Part shown: in pieces, positions 9,270 to 18,334 of the stretch | Numbering within the stretch: position 1 is the first letter of the stretch | Layout: each line of letters begins with the position of its first letter | DNA from: a candidate division WOR-3 bacterium | GTDB lineage: Bacteria; Hydrothermota; UBA3072; B12-G15 | Direction: 5' to 3' | Length of the DNA: 31,944 nt | Assembly (NCBI GenBank): GCA_965649055.1 | Contig: CBFGJG010000015.1 | Coordinates: 1-31,944 of the forward strand | Notes under the pieces: generated by a model | Told to the model about the DNA's origin: nothing | The model's input: only the letters and a program-made list of their open reading frames with translations | Databases searched by the model: none | Translations under genes and position numbers: made by a program

Positions 9270-10699
9270 TGTGCGGATTCCTTGGAATTTTTGGTGATAG
9301 AGAAGTTTCTAAGAGGATATATACAGGACTTCTATCTATACAGCATAGAGGGCAGGATGCTGCTGGAATGATTACATTCTCAACAAAATTTCACATTAAG
9401 AAAGGAAATGGACTTGTCCGTGATGTTTTCAATGAAAAAAACCTTTCTTACCTTCTCGGGAATGTTGGTATAGGTCATGTTAGATATCCAACAATAGGAA
9501 GCGGAAAGGCTGAAGACGCCCAGCCATTTTATGTGAATATACCTTTCGGGATAATTCTTGCGCATAATGGGAATATAACAAATTATTATTCTTTGAAAAG
9601 TAAACTTGAGTATGAATACAATATAAACATAAATTCAACAAGTGATTCTGAAATTTTGTTAAATTATCTTGCACATAAACTTGATTTGAATTTACCTTTC
9701 TCATACGATTCTATCCTTAAATCTATGGAAGATGTTTTTTTGAATGTTAAAGGTAGTTATTCTGCTGTTTGTTATATAAAAAATAAGGGTTTTCTTGCAT
9801 TCAGAGACCCAAATGGTTTTAAACCTATCATTATGGGGAAAAAGGGCAATGAATTCGTCTTTGCTTCAGAGAGTGTTGCACTTGATATTCTTGGATTTGA
9901 TATTATTGGTGATATAAAGCCTGGTGAGGTCGTATTCATTGACCAGAAAAGAAATATTCATAGAGATAGAATAATAGAAAGGGTAAAAACAACCTGTATA
10001 TTTGAATATGTATATTTTGCAAGGCCGGATTCAACAATAGACGGAATAAATGTTTATGAGGCAAGACTGAGACTTGGAAGGGAACTTGCAAAAAAGATAA
10101 AGAAATATAATCTTGATATAGACGTTGTTATACCGGTTCCGGATACTTCAAGGGCAGCAGCAACAGCAGTTGCAGAGGAGTTAAATCTTCCACATAGAGA
10201 GGGATTTATAAAAAACAGATACATAGGAAGAACATTTATTATGCCTGAACAGGATTTGAGAGAGGAATCGGTCCAGTTAAAATTGAATATAATAAAACCT
10301 GAAGTAAAGAATAAAAAAATACTTGTTATTGATGATTCAATTGTTAGAGGAACTACATCAAGGGAGATAGTCTCTCTTTTGAGAAGAAATGGCGCAGCAG
10401 AAGTTTATCTCGGAATTTATTCACCACCTGTTATCTCACCTTGTTATTATGGTATTGATATGCAAACAAAGAAGGAATTTATAGCGAATGGAAGAAGTGT
10501 GGAAGAGATTAAAAAATTTATAGGTGCTGATGAACTGATTTATCAGGATGTAGATAGCCTTGTTCAAGCAGTTTTTGGAGATAAAAATGCAAATTGTTGC
10601 AGTGCCTGTTTCACTTCAAATTATCCTATAATTGTAGATGAAGAAGAAAAGAAAATGATTGAAGAAGACAGAATGAAAAAACAGATTGAACTATTTTGA
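9269..10699 (+). CDS. purF: Amidophosphoribosyltransferase
   Basis: N-terminal MCG nucleophile, QHRGQDAAG, GHVRY, HNGN, CIFEYVYFARPDS, DDSIVRGTT, PCYYGID, C..C Fe-S ligands. Confidence 0.96.
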   Translation: MCGFLGIFGDREVSKRIYTGLLSIQHRGQDAAGMITFSTKFHIKKGNGLVRDVFNEKNLSYLLGNVGIGHVRYPTIGSGKAEDAQPFYVNIPFGIILAHNGNITNYYSLKSKLEYEYNININSTSDSEILLNYLAHKLDLNLPFSYDSILKSMEDVFLNVKGSYSAVCYIKNKGFLAFRDPNGFKPIIMGKKGNEFVFASESVALDILGFDIIGDIKPGEVVFIDQKRNIHRDRIIERVKTTCIFEYVYFARPDSTIDGINVYEARLRLGRELAKKIKKYNLDIDVVIPVPDTSRAAATAVAEELNLPHREGFIKNRYIGRTFIMPEQDLREESVQLKLNIIKPEVKNKKILVIDDSIVRGTTSREIVSLLRRNGAAEVYLGIYSPPVISPCYYGIDMQTKKEFIANGRSVEEIKKFIGADELIYQDVDSLVQAVFGDKNANCCSACFTSNYPIIVDEEEKKMIEEDRMKKQIELF

Positions 10700-13416
10700 T
10701 TATATTTTTAATTTCTTTCCAATTCGTTAATCTCGATACATTATTTTTCGGAAACATTCTTAAAACCGAATATAAAAATATTGTTAAATATTCTGATACT
10801 ATTATATGCAGGGGCAATACCCTTCAGAGAAATATACATTATTCAATAGATTATGCTTCAGGTGAAATATATTTTTTTAATTTTTATAATGATAGTCTTA
10901 ATATAAGATTCAAGGTTATGCCTGATTTTGTTAAAGAAAGATATTCAATCAAACATAAAATTCAGACAAAAGATTTGTTAGAAAAAGCTGATTCTCTCAA
11001 CATTGAAGGAACAAGCGGAATATACTTTGATTTTTCAAATAGCGGAAGAAACCTTGAACAAAGTCTTGATGTTAAGATTGGCGGTAATGTCGGCGAATTC
11101 AATATAGAGGGAACAATTAAAGACCAGGATGTTCCTTATGAGATGGGTATCGTTGGTATTACAGATGTTGAGAACCTTTATCTCTCTATTAAATCACATG
11201 ATAAAAGTTTTATTATAGGTAATTTTATGAGAGATAACAAAAGAAGAATAACCGGTGGTGCTGCAAATTACAAAATATTCAATATAGATGCAGGAATATC
11301 AGGTGAAAAAATAGGTTCAGTTTATATGAATGGTATGGATGGTATTTCAAGTGGTTATAAAATTAAAGATAGTGATGGCAATGATATAAGAATAATCCAG
11401 GGTTCTGAAAAGGTTTTTTTGAATGGCGAAATGTTAAAATACAAAGAAGATTACACAATCGATTATGAAAATGCCGAAATATCATTTACATCAAAAAGGA
11501 TAATAAAATCAGGAGATATAATATATGTTAGTTTCCAGTATTATTCAGGTGGGGCAAAGGAAATAATCTATTCTTTCGGTGCAAAAACAAAGAACTTTGA
11601 TGTTTCGTTCGAATCTCTGGAAGATTTTAATGAAGAATTTCTATTAAGAAAAGTTGTTAGTGATTCAGGTTTTGCTTATGTGTTTGATGCAACTTTTGTA
11701 GGAACTGGAAAGGGCGATTATGACCTTTTTGATTCAATATTTGTTTATAAAGGAGTTAAAAAAGGGAGTTATCTTGTAAAATTTTCTTATAAAGGTGAAA
11801 ATAATGGTGAATATGAATATATTGATTCACTTGGATATTTTATATATACTGGTGTTGGTAAATGGTCAGTAATTAGAAAAATACCACTTTATGGTAAAAA
11901 CAGAAGTGTGAAATTAAAGATTGATTCGGGGAATAAATTTATTAAAATTCTTACCCGGAATGAAATCACAAAAAAAGATATTTTCATAACTGATTCAACA
12001 AATTTGAGCTTTACAACCCTTGATAACATAAAAATTATATTTCCAATCTTTACGATGAATTTTGATCTATATGCAAATACAAACTTAAGAAAAGAAATAG
12101 AATGGATTAATTATCCCCAAAACATAAATACATGGGGCGAAAGGGTGAATAAGTATTTTATGTTCTCAAATGAGATAAAACCTTTAGAATATTTAACTAT
12201 TTTTTCGGGTTTTGGAAAGAGCGGAGATAAAAAACTTATAAGTGCTGGATTAAATTTTAAATCAATGGAAATTTCGTATTTTAAGGTAAAAGATTTTAAA
12301 AGAGAAATTGTTTCTTCTATTTCTTTTAAAAGATTTAAGGTTTATTTAAAAGAGACGAGGTTTAAAGATATCAACATAAGAGAGACCGGGATAGATGCAA
12401 AACAGATATCATTTAATACAGGAAGAAAGGGTATAAATGTTTCAGATGTCATAACCGATACATCGTGTTTCTATGCTCTTCTTTTTAATTTGCCTTATAA
12501 ATTTATTTCATATAGCGGAAATGCTAATATTGAGAAATCTTTCATTGATGGTTCAAGAAGAATGAATTTTAATAATACAATTTTTTCGGGGTTAGAAAGA
12601 AAGTTTTGGGGGTATAAGATTCTTTTCAATATCCAAGAGGGTATGAGGAATAAGTTAATTGCAATTTATAAAAGGGTAGAGGAGGGATATGGTAATTATT
12701 CCTATGATTCATTAAATAAGAGGTATTATGAAGACCCTTTTGGTTCTTTTAAGAGAGAATTTATTCCATCAGATACTATTGAAAAGATAAGGGTATTTAA
12801 TCTGGAATTTAATACAAGAGTAATGAGAGAATTTTTATTTAATCTTGACTCAAAATTTTCATTCGATAAGTTAAAGAAGCAAGAATCATACAATGTTTCA
12901 TTTGAGAGCCCTGTTATTTTTAAAAACAGGTATTTTGCAGAATATAAAAAGAATAAATCAATTTTTAATGAAACTGGTTTAGAAGGTTTAGACTTTTATG
13001 AGGCTATTTCAGGAGGTATTAATGTATGGAATAATGTTTTTAAAATTGGATTTTCAAGGGAAAATAAGAAAGAAGAAAAAAGAAATTTTATATTCGTGAA
13101 ATTTGTCAAGTTAGTGGATATAAATGTAAAAACTGGCTTTATAAACTACAATCAAAGTATATTCTTTTTCACATTAAATCCTGAATTGGTGATAATGAAA
13201 AAGTATTATAATCTAAATCTCGGTTTAGATATTTCATATTATAAAACAGAATTTCCCACACCACTGTATCAGGACGGGATAGTCGTATCTTTTATACCAA
13301 ATCTTACTTATAAAATTCATCAATACAGAATAATATTCAAAGGATTAGGAAGGATTAAAAATCAAGGGAACATTTTTTCATTTAAAATTGGTATAGAAAC
13401 AGATATAAAACCTTAA
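10696..13416 (+). CDS. Large putative outer-membrane protein with SprA-like DYxIDY domains
   Basis: 906 aa; 'LQRNIHYSIDYASGEIYF' and 'GSEKVFLNGEML...DYTIDYENAEISF'; amphipathic beta-strand-rich C-terminal half; TTG start overlaps the purF stop. Confidence 0.65.
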   Translation: MIIFLISFQFVNLDTLFFGNILKTEYKNIVKYSDTIICRGNTLQRNIHYSIDYASGEIYFFNFYNDSLNIRFKVMPDFVKERYSIKHKIQTKDLLEKADSLNIEGTSGIYFDFSNSGRNLEQSLDVKIGGNVGEFNIEGTIKDQDVPYEMGIVGITDVENLYLSIKSHDKSFIIGNFMRDNKRRITGGAANYKIFNIDAGISGEKIGSVYMNGMDGISSGYKIKDSDGNDIRIIQGSEKVFLNGEMLKYKEDYTIDYENAEISFTSKRIIKSGDIIYVSFQYYSGGAKEIIYSFGAKTKNFDVSFESLEDFNEEFLLRKVVSDSGFAYVFDATFVGTGKGDYDLFDSIFVYKGVKKGSYLVKFSYKGENNGEYEYIDSLGYFIYTGVGKWSVIRKIPLYGKNRSVKLKIDSGNKFIKILTRNEITKKDIFITDSTNLSFTTLDNIKIIFPIFTMNFDLYANTNLRKEIEWINYPQNINTWGERVNKYFMFSNEIKPLEYLTIFSGFGKSGDKKLISAGLNFKSMEISYFKVKDFKREIVSSISFKRFKVYLKETRFKDINIRETGIDAKQISFNTGRKGINVSDVITDTSCFYALLFNLPYKFISYSGNANIEKSFIDGSRRMNFNNTIFSGLERKFWGYKILFNIQEGMRNKLIAIYKRVEEGYGNYSYDSLNKRYYEDPFGSFKREFIPSDTIEKIRVFNLEFNTRVMREFLFNLDSKFSFDKLKKQESYNVSFESPVIFKNRYFAEYKKNKSIFNETGLEGLDFYEAISGGINVWNNVFKIGFSRENKKEEKRNFIFVKFVKLVDINVKTGFINYNQSIFFFTLNPELVIMKKYYNLNLGLDISYYKTEFPTPLYQDGIVVSFIPNLTYKIHQYRIIFKGLGRIKNQGNIFSFKIGIETDIKP

Positions 13417-13418
13417 AA

Positions 13419-13491
13419 TGCGTCACGGAGGACTCGAACCTCCAACCCGCGGATTAAGAGTCCGCTGCTCTACCAGTTGAGCTAGTGACGC
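13419..13491 (-). tRNA. tRNA-Lys (CTT)
   Basis: Reverse complement GCGTCAC...GCGGA-CTCTTAA-TCCGC...GGTTCGAGTCC...GTGACGC-A. Confidence 0.95.
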
Positions 13492-13505
13492 AAATTAATA
13501 CTCTG

Positions 13506-13581
13506 GGTGAGCGAGGGGATTTGAACCCCCAACCTATGGAGCCACAGTCCATCGCTCTTACCAGATTGAGCTACGCTCACC
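13506..13581 (-). tRNA. tRNA-His (GTG)
   Basis: Reverse complement with encoded G-1:C73; ATGGA-CTGTGGC-TCCAT anticodon arm; GGTTCAAATCC. Confidence 0.95.
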
Positions 13582-13590
13582 ATAAATTCT

Positions 13591-13664
13591 CGCGCCTGAA
13601 GGGACTCGAACCCCTAACCAGTGGATTAGAAATCCACTGCTCTATCCTGTTGAGCTACAGGCGC
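13591..13664 (-). tRNA. tRNA-Arg (TCT)
   Basis: Reverse complement GCGCCTG...GTGGA-TTTCTAA-TCCAC...GGTTCGAGTCC...CAGGCGC-G. Confidence 0.95.
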
Positions 13665-13680
13665 AAAATTATATATTACA

Positions 13681-13708
13681 TTTATAAAGGATTTTTCAAA
13701 AATGTCAA
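13681..13708 (-). promoter_or_regulatory. Putative sigma70 promoter for tRNA-Arg-His-Lys
   Basis: TTGACA (13708-13703), 16 nt, TATAAA (13686-13681). Confidence 0.5.
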
Positions 13709-13714
13709 GTTAAG

Positions 13715-13730
13715 TTATAATGAATTATAA
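13715..13730. promoter_or_regulatory. Per-box-like inverted repeat upstream of the thiol-redox operon
   Basis: TTATAAT-GA-ATTATAA (7-2-7; the Bacillus Per box is 7-1-7). Confidence 0.35.
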
Positions 13731-13813
13731 AAAATTTTTCAAAAATTTTCCTTTTGCTCTTGCATAAAGTAGAAATTTTTATAAAATATACAGAATAAAA
13801 AACGGAGGTTAAT

Positions 13814-14452
13814 ATGTCATTATTGAAAGACGATGATAGAGAATATCTAATCAATGAGTTTGCAAAAATGACGAAAGATGTAGAGATAATTCACTTTACA
13901 TCAGAAAAATGTGATTATTGTGAGGATACAATAAAGATACTTGAAGAAGTAGCGAGCCTTACAGATAAGATTCATCTTAAAATATATGATGTAAAAAAAG
14001 ATGAAGATATATTAAAAAAACTAAATATAGATAATATGTATCCTGCAACAATCCTTGTTAACGAAAATAATACTGGTATAAGATTCTATGGAATACCTTC
14101 AGGTTATGAATTTGGTTCCCTGATAGAGATGATTCTTGAGATTGGTAAAGGGACACCATCTTTAAAACCTGAAACCATTGAAAGATTAAAAGGTATAGAT
14201 AAACCGGTAAATATAAAGATATTTGTTACAACAACTTGCCCTTACTGCCCTGCAGCAGTTATCACTGCACAGAAATTTAGTATGGTCAATGGAAATATTC
14301 AAAGCAATATGATAGAAGCTACTGAATTCCCTGAACTTTCAAGTAAATATGATGTATATTCAGTCCCCAAGGTTGTAATAAATGATAAGGTCGAATTTGA
14401 AGGCGCAGCACCTGAGGAGCAGTTCTTAAATTATATATTTGAGGCATTATAA
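13814..14452 (+). CDS. Protein disulfide oxidoreductase (PDO; AhpF N-terminal-domain-like, two thioredoxin folds)
   Basis: CDYC and TCPYCP motifs; 'GIRFYGIPSGYEF.SL'; 'EATEFPELS.KY.V.SVP'; GGAGG SD. Confidence 0.88.
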   Translation: MSLLKDDDREYLINEFAKMTKDVEIIHFTSEKCDYCEDTIKILEEVASLTDKIHLKIYDVKKDEDILKKLNIDNMYPATILVNENNTGIRFYGIPSGYEFGSLIEMILEIGKGTPSLKPETIERLKGIDKPVNIKIFVTTTCPYCPAAVITAQKFSMVNGNIQSNMIEATEFPELSSKYDVYSVPKVVINDKVEFEGAAPEEQFLNYIFEAL

Positions 14453-15375
14453 TGGCTGAAGTTTACGATGTTATTATAATAGGAGCAGGTCCTGCAGGTT
14501 TAACTGCTGGTATTTATCTTTCAAGGGGTAGATTAAAAACATTGATATTTGAAAAATTGATTTCAGGAGGTCTTGCTGCAACTTCGGATATTATTGAAAA
14601 CTATCCTGGATTTATAGACGGAATAAATGGTATGGAACTCGGGAAAAAGATGGAAGAACATGCAAGGAAGTTTGGTGCTGAATTCGTTTATGAAGAGGTG
14701 AAAGATTTTAAAAAAGAAAAAGAATATTTTCTGGTAAAAACAGACGAGAAGGAATATATTTCAAAGAGCCTTGTTATTGCTACAGGTTCACATTATAAAA
14801 AACTCAATGTTCCAGGTGAAGATAAGTTCTCTGGTAAAGGCATAAGTTACTGTGCAACCTGTGATGCCCCGTTTTTCAAAGATAAGGAGATTGTAGTGGT
14901 GGGAACAGGAAATTCAGGGCTTCAGGAAGGATTGCATCTTCTAAAATATGTGAAAAAGATAACATTTATAGAGTTCCTGCCTTTTATAACAGGTGAGAAA
15001 ATTTTACAGGAAAGATTACCAAAAGATAAGACTGAATTTCTTCTGAATACAGAGGTTTTATCATTTGAAGGTGAAAAAAGACTTGAAGGCATTAGGGTTA
15101 GAGATAGAAAAACAAAAGAGGAAAAATTCATAAGAACTAATGGCGCATTTTTATATGTCGGTTTAATACCAAATACTGAATTTATTAAAGATAAGATAAA
15201 ACTTGATGAAAATGGATTTATTATTACTGATGATAAATTGGAAACATCTATGGAAGGTGTTTTTGCCATAGGAGATGTGAGGAAATCAGCTGTAAAGCAG
15301 GTTGCAACTGCAGTCGGAGATGGTGCATATGTTTCAAAATTTGTTCAAAAATATTTAGAAAAGGAGGTTATATGA
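14452..15375 (+). CDS. trxB: Thioredoxin-disulfide reductase
   Basis: IIGAGPAGL FAD motif, IENYPG, GISYCATCD, TS..GVFAIGD, Q.ATAVGDG. Confidence 0.88.
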   Translation: MAEVYDVIIIGAGPAGLTAGIYLSRGRLKTLIFEKLISGGLAATSDIIENYPGFIDGINGMELGKKMEEHARKFGAEFVYEEVKDFKKEKEYFLVKTDEKEYISKSLVIATGSHYKKLNVPGEDKFSGKGISYCATCDAPFFKDKEIVVVGTGNSGLQEGLHLLKYVKKITFIEFLPFITGEKILQERLPKDKTEFLLNTEVLSFEGEKRLEGIRVRDRKTKEEKFIRTNGAFLYVGLIPNTEFIKDKIKLDENGFIITDDKLETSMEGVFAIGDVRKSAVKQVATAVGDGAYVSKFVQKYLEKEVI

Positions 15376-15605
15376 ATGTTGTAATTTACACAACTGCAAC
15401 TTGTCCTTGGTGTCATAAGGCAAAAGACTATCTGAAACAAAACAAGATTTCATTTAAAGAAGTGAGGGTTGATCAGGATCCTTCAGGATTGAAAGAATTG
15501 ATGAGATTGACTAATCAGATGGGTGTTCCTGTGATAGTGATAAATGGTAAACCTATAATCGGATTTGATAAACAGAAAATTGATAATATGTTGAACATAA
15601 AATAA
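15372..15605 (+). CDS. Glutaredoxin-like / NrdH-redoxin (YruB type)
   Basis: IYTT.TCPWC..AK.YL; QMGVPVI.ING..IIGFD; AAGGAGG SD. Confidence 0.88.
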   Translation: MNVVIYTTATCPWCHKAKDYLKQNKISFKEVRVDQDPSGLKELMRLTNQMGVPVIVINGKPIIGFDKQKIDNMLNIK

Positions 15606-15613
15606 GGACAAGA

Positions 15614-16108
15614 ATGAAAAAGATTCTATTCACTTTTATAATTTTAACTCTTTTTGTATCCTGTAAAAAGGTTGGAAAAGAGTCAAATCCTAAAGGTCCA
15701 TTATCTTTTAAATTAAAAAGTATAGATGGAGAATTAATAAATCTTGAAGATTATAAAGGTAATTACATACTTATAGATTTCTGGGCAAGCTGGTGTCCAC
15801 CATGCAAACAAGCTATTCCGTATATTATAAAAATATTCAATGATTATGGTGGAAACAGATTTTATGTTTTTGGAATTGGGCTTGAAGATGAGAATGCCCT
15901 ATTTAATTATTCAAGAAGCCAGAATATCCCATATCTTATCCTTGCAGGGAATAAAGAGATTGCAAATTATTACAAAGTTCAGGCAATACCTACATTAGTT
16001 TTGTTAGATCCTGATGGGAAAATTATATATAAACATGTGGGATTTTCTGAAGACGGGATGGCTGAACTTGAAAATAAAATAAAGAAAAGTTTAGAAAAAT
16101 TACAGTAA
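15614..16108 (+). CDS. TlpA/ResA family thiol-disulfide oxidoreductase lipoprotein
   Basis: FVSC lipobox; LIDFWASWCPPC; AIPT..LLD..GKI. Confidence 0.88.
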   Translation: MKKILFTFIILTLFVSCKKVGKESNPKGPLSFKLKSIDGELINLEDYKGNYILIDFWASWCPPCKQAIPYIIKIFNDYGGNRFYVFGIGLEDENALFNYSRSQNIPYLILAGNKEIANYYKVQAIPTLVLLDPDGKIIYKHVGFSEDGMAELENKIKKSLEKLQ

Positions 16109-16114
16109 AAATTT

Positions 16115-16705
16115 TCAAGTCTTTCTTATAACAAGTTCACCAGAACCTATTGGAACAATAAAAGAATCGAATCTTTTATCTGACTCTAATTTTTTTATAA
16201 ATGGTTTTAAAATTCTGTAATGGCTCAATGCGTTATCTGCAATTATTATTCCATTCTTAACAAGTCTTTTTGAAACTATATTAAAACAATCTTCATAGAT
16301 TTCTTTGTCTGCATCAAGGAAACAGAAAGAAACATTTTTTATATTTTTGCTTTTCTTTAAGAAGTCTCCTTCTATCAGTTCTACATACTTCTCAATCCCG
16401 GCTTTTTCAAAGGTTTCTTTTGCAAGTTTTATCTTTTCAGGGTCTATTTCAAATGTTTTTATCTTTATTTTCCTTTCCATAGCAGCAAGTGAAAGCCACA
16501 TTGTAGAATAACCAGCACTTGTTCCTATCTCAATAAATTCACCTTCTGGCACATATGAAGCAATGAAAGATATAAATTTTCCTGTCTCAGGAGGTATCTG
16601 GCTTAATCTTGGTAAAGATATAAATTTACCATTCATTTGTTTTTTATGTATTGATTCGAGATATTTCATCCTGCTTAATATTTTTTCAGGTATTTTATTT
16701 ATCAT
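16115..16705 (-). CDS. O-methyltransferase (Methyltransf_3 / caffeoyl-CoA OMT-like)
   Basis: EIGTSAGYSTMWL, FLDADK..Y, GIIIADN, VPIGSG. Confidence 0.85.
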   Translation of the reverse strand: MINKIPEKILSRMKYLESIHKKQMNGKFISLPRLSQIPPETGKFISFIASYVPEGEFIEIGTSAGYSTMWLSLAAMERKIKIKTFEIDPEKIKLAKETFEKAGIEKYVELIEGDFLKKSKNIKNVSFCFLDADKEIYEDCFNIVSKRLVKNGIIIADNALSHYRILKPFIKKLESDKRFDSFIVPIGSGELVIRKT

Positions 16706-17565
16706 TTCTTAAAATTTTCAAAATGCCTTAATAATTCAGTGAATTCTTTTTCATTAAATGCATCTTCAGGTATTCTTATTCTGTCGCCTGAAAAGAAAGT
16801 CATACCTGGAAGTCTTAGAACATTTCCACCTTGAAGAACAATATTTAGTATTCTTCTATTTAATTTACTGAAAATATCTACATCTTTTATTTCCTGTTTT
16901 TCTACCCTTACCAGTCTATTTTCTTTACCAAAATAAAAATTTATACCATTTTCATCAATCTCTATTTTTCTAATACCCTTTTTGACCCATATCAGGTAAT
17001 CAGAAACCATATAAATTATAAGAACTGAAATTCCGAAAAGTAATAATCCGATCATATAAATATTTCTTAGAAACATCATAATTAAAAGTAATATCGAACC
17101 TGTTATAATTCCAAAGATATTGACCATTAGAATGTTCTTTGCAGAAGCTTCAATAGTAAAAAAAGCAGATGAAGAAGTTTTTACTTCTTTCTTTTGATCT
17201 GAAACTACATTAACATCATATTTATCGTCAGTATATCCTTTCTCAATAACTTCTTTAAAAATCCTTTTCATTTCTTCTTCTTTTTTTACACCTGTTGTTT
17301 GAATATTTATCCTGTCAATGGTTTCGCCTGTAGATTTGTCAGTAATCCTAACATATTTTTCCTTGTTTACCATATTCTTTCTTCTTAAGGTATTTCCTAT
17401 ATTGATTAATATAAACATAGAAAAAGAGGCAAAAAAGACAAGGAAACTTAAAACAGCAAAGAAAAAGAATAATCCAAATAATGGTGATTTCTCTTCAATA
17501 GTGAGAAAACCAACAAAGAAGACAATAAAGAATATGAAACTAAAAAGAGATATTTTTTTTAACAT
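16702..17565 (-). CDS. Hypothetical membrane protein (4 TM, soluble C-terminal domain)
   Basis: GGAGG SD; two TM hairpins; overlaps both neighbours in the operon. Confidence 0.7.
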   Translation of the reverse strand: MLKKISLFSFIFFIVFFVGFLTIEEKSPLFGLFFFFAVLSFLVFFASFSMFILINIGNTLRRKNMVNKEKYVRITDKSTGETIDRINIQTTGVKKEEEMKRIFKEVIEKGYTDDKYDVNVVSDQKKEVKTSSSAFFTIEASAKNILMVNIFGIITGSILLLIMMFLRNIYMIGLLLFGISVLIIYMVSDYLIWVKKGIRKIEIDENGINFYFGKENRLVRVEKQEIKDVDIFSKLNRRILNIVLQGGNVLRLPGMTFFSGDRIRIPEDAFNEKEFTELLRHFENFKK

Positions 17566-18334
17566 ATTCTAAATCCTCCGTTAAATTATTTTTTTCTGTT
17601 ATGTTTTTATTATTCGCTTCTTCAGGGTTTATCTCAACAGAAAAGATTCCTTGAACAGATTCACCTGCCTTTACTAATACTTCACCTTTGGGTGATACAA
17701 TCTCGCTCTTTCCAGTGAATTTATTAATCTTTCCGTATCTTTTTTCAATACCTGTTCTGTTGGCAGTGATTGTGAAAACCCTGTTTTCAATAGCCCTTGT
17801 TATCATAGCATCCTGACAATAAGGAAGGACAAGATTTGTGTTATGTAGTATTATCTGAGCACCTTTCATTGAAAGATATCTTGATATTTCGGGGAAGAAC
17901 CAATCAAAACATATCATCTGTCCAATTTTTAGACCATTATATTCAATAACATTTAATTTATTCCCTCTTTCAAAGATATCTTTTTCGTCTTTAAATAAGT
18001 TTATCTTTCTATAAATGTTTTTTATACCATCACCGGTTATAAAAAATGAAGAGTTATATAGTTTATTATTTTCTCTTTCAAGAAATCCTATTGAAATTGC
18101 AATATTGTATTCTTTGCATAATTTCTTGATTTTATCTACAATATTATCATCTTTTTTTAAAGAAAGTGAATATGCTTCCTTTTTATCTTTAAAAGTATAT
18201 CCTGTTAATGCAAGCTCTGGAAGAACCAAAATTTCAGATAATGGATCCGTTTCTTCAATAAATCTTTTTATCTTTATGAAATTCTTTTCAATTTCTCCAA
18301 ATATTGGTTCAAACTGTAAAAATCCAACCTTCAT
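17540..18334 (-). CDS. Carbon-nitrogen hydrolase (nitrilase superfamily)
   Basis: E-K-C triad: LPELALTGY, YRK..LF, ICFDWFFPE; RAIENRVF..ANR.G. Confidence 0.9.
   Translation of the reverse strand: MKVGFLQFEPIFGEIEKNFIKIKRFIEETDPLSEILVLPELALTGYTFKDKKEAYSLSLKKDDNIVDKIKKLCKEYNIAISIGFLERENNKLYNSSFFITGDGIKNIYRKINLFKDEKDIFERGNKLNVIEYNGLKIGQMICFDWFFPEISRYLSMKGAQIILHNTNLVLPYCQDAMITRAIENRVFTITANRTGIEKRYGKINKFTGKSEIVSPKGEVLVKAGESVQGIFSVEINPEEANNKNITEKNNLTEDLEYVKKNISF

Noticed and set aside
13485..13730. 81-aa ORF (and likewise 6630..6956)
   Set aside because: These are shadow ORFs over tRNA genes or antisense to pspC.
13814..16108. Selenocysteine or stop-codon recoding in redox proteins
   Set aside because: All CxxC motifs use Cys codons and no in-frame TGA interrupts these genes.
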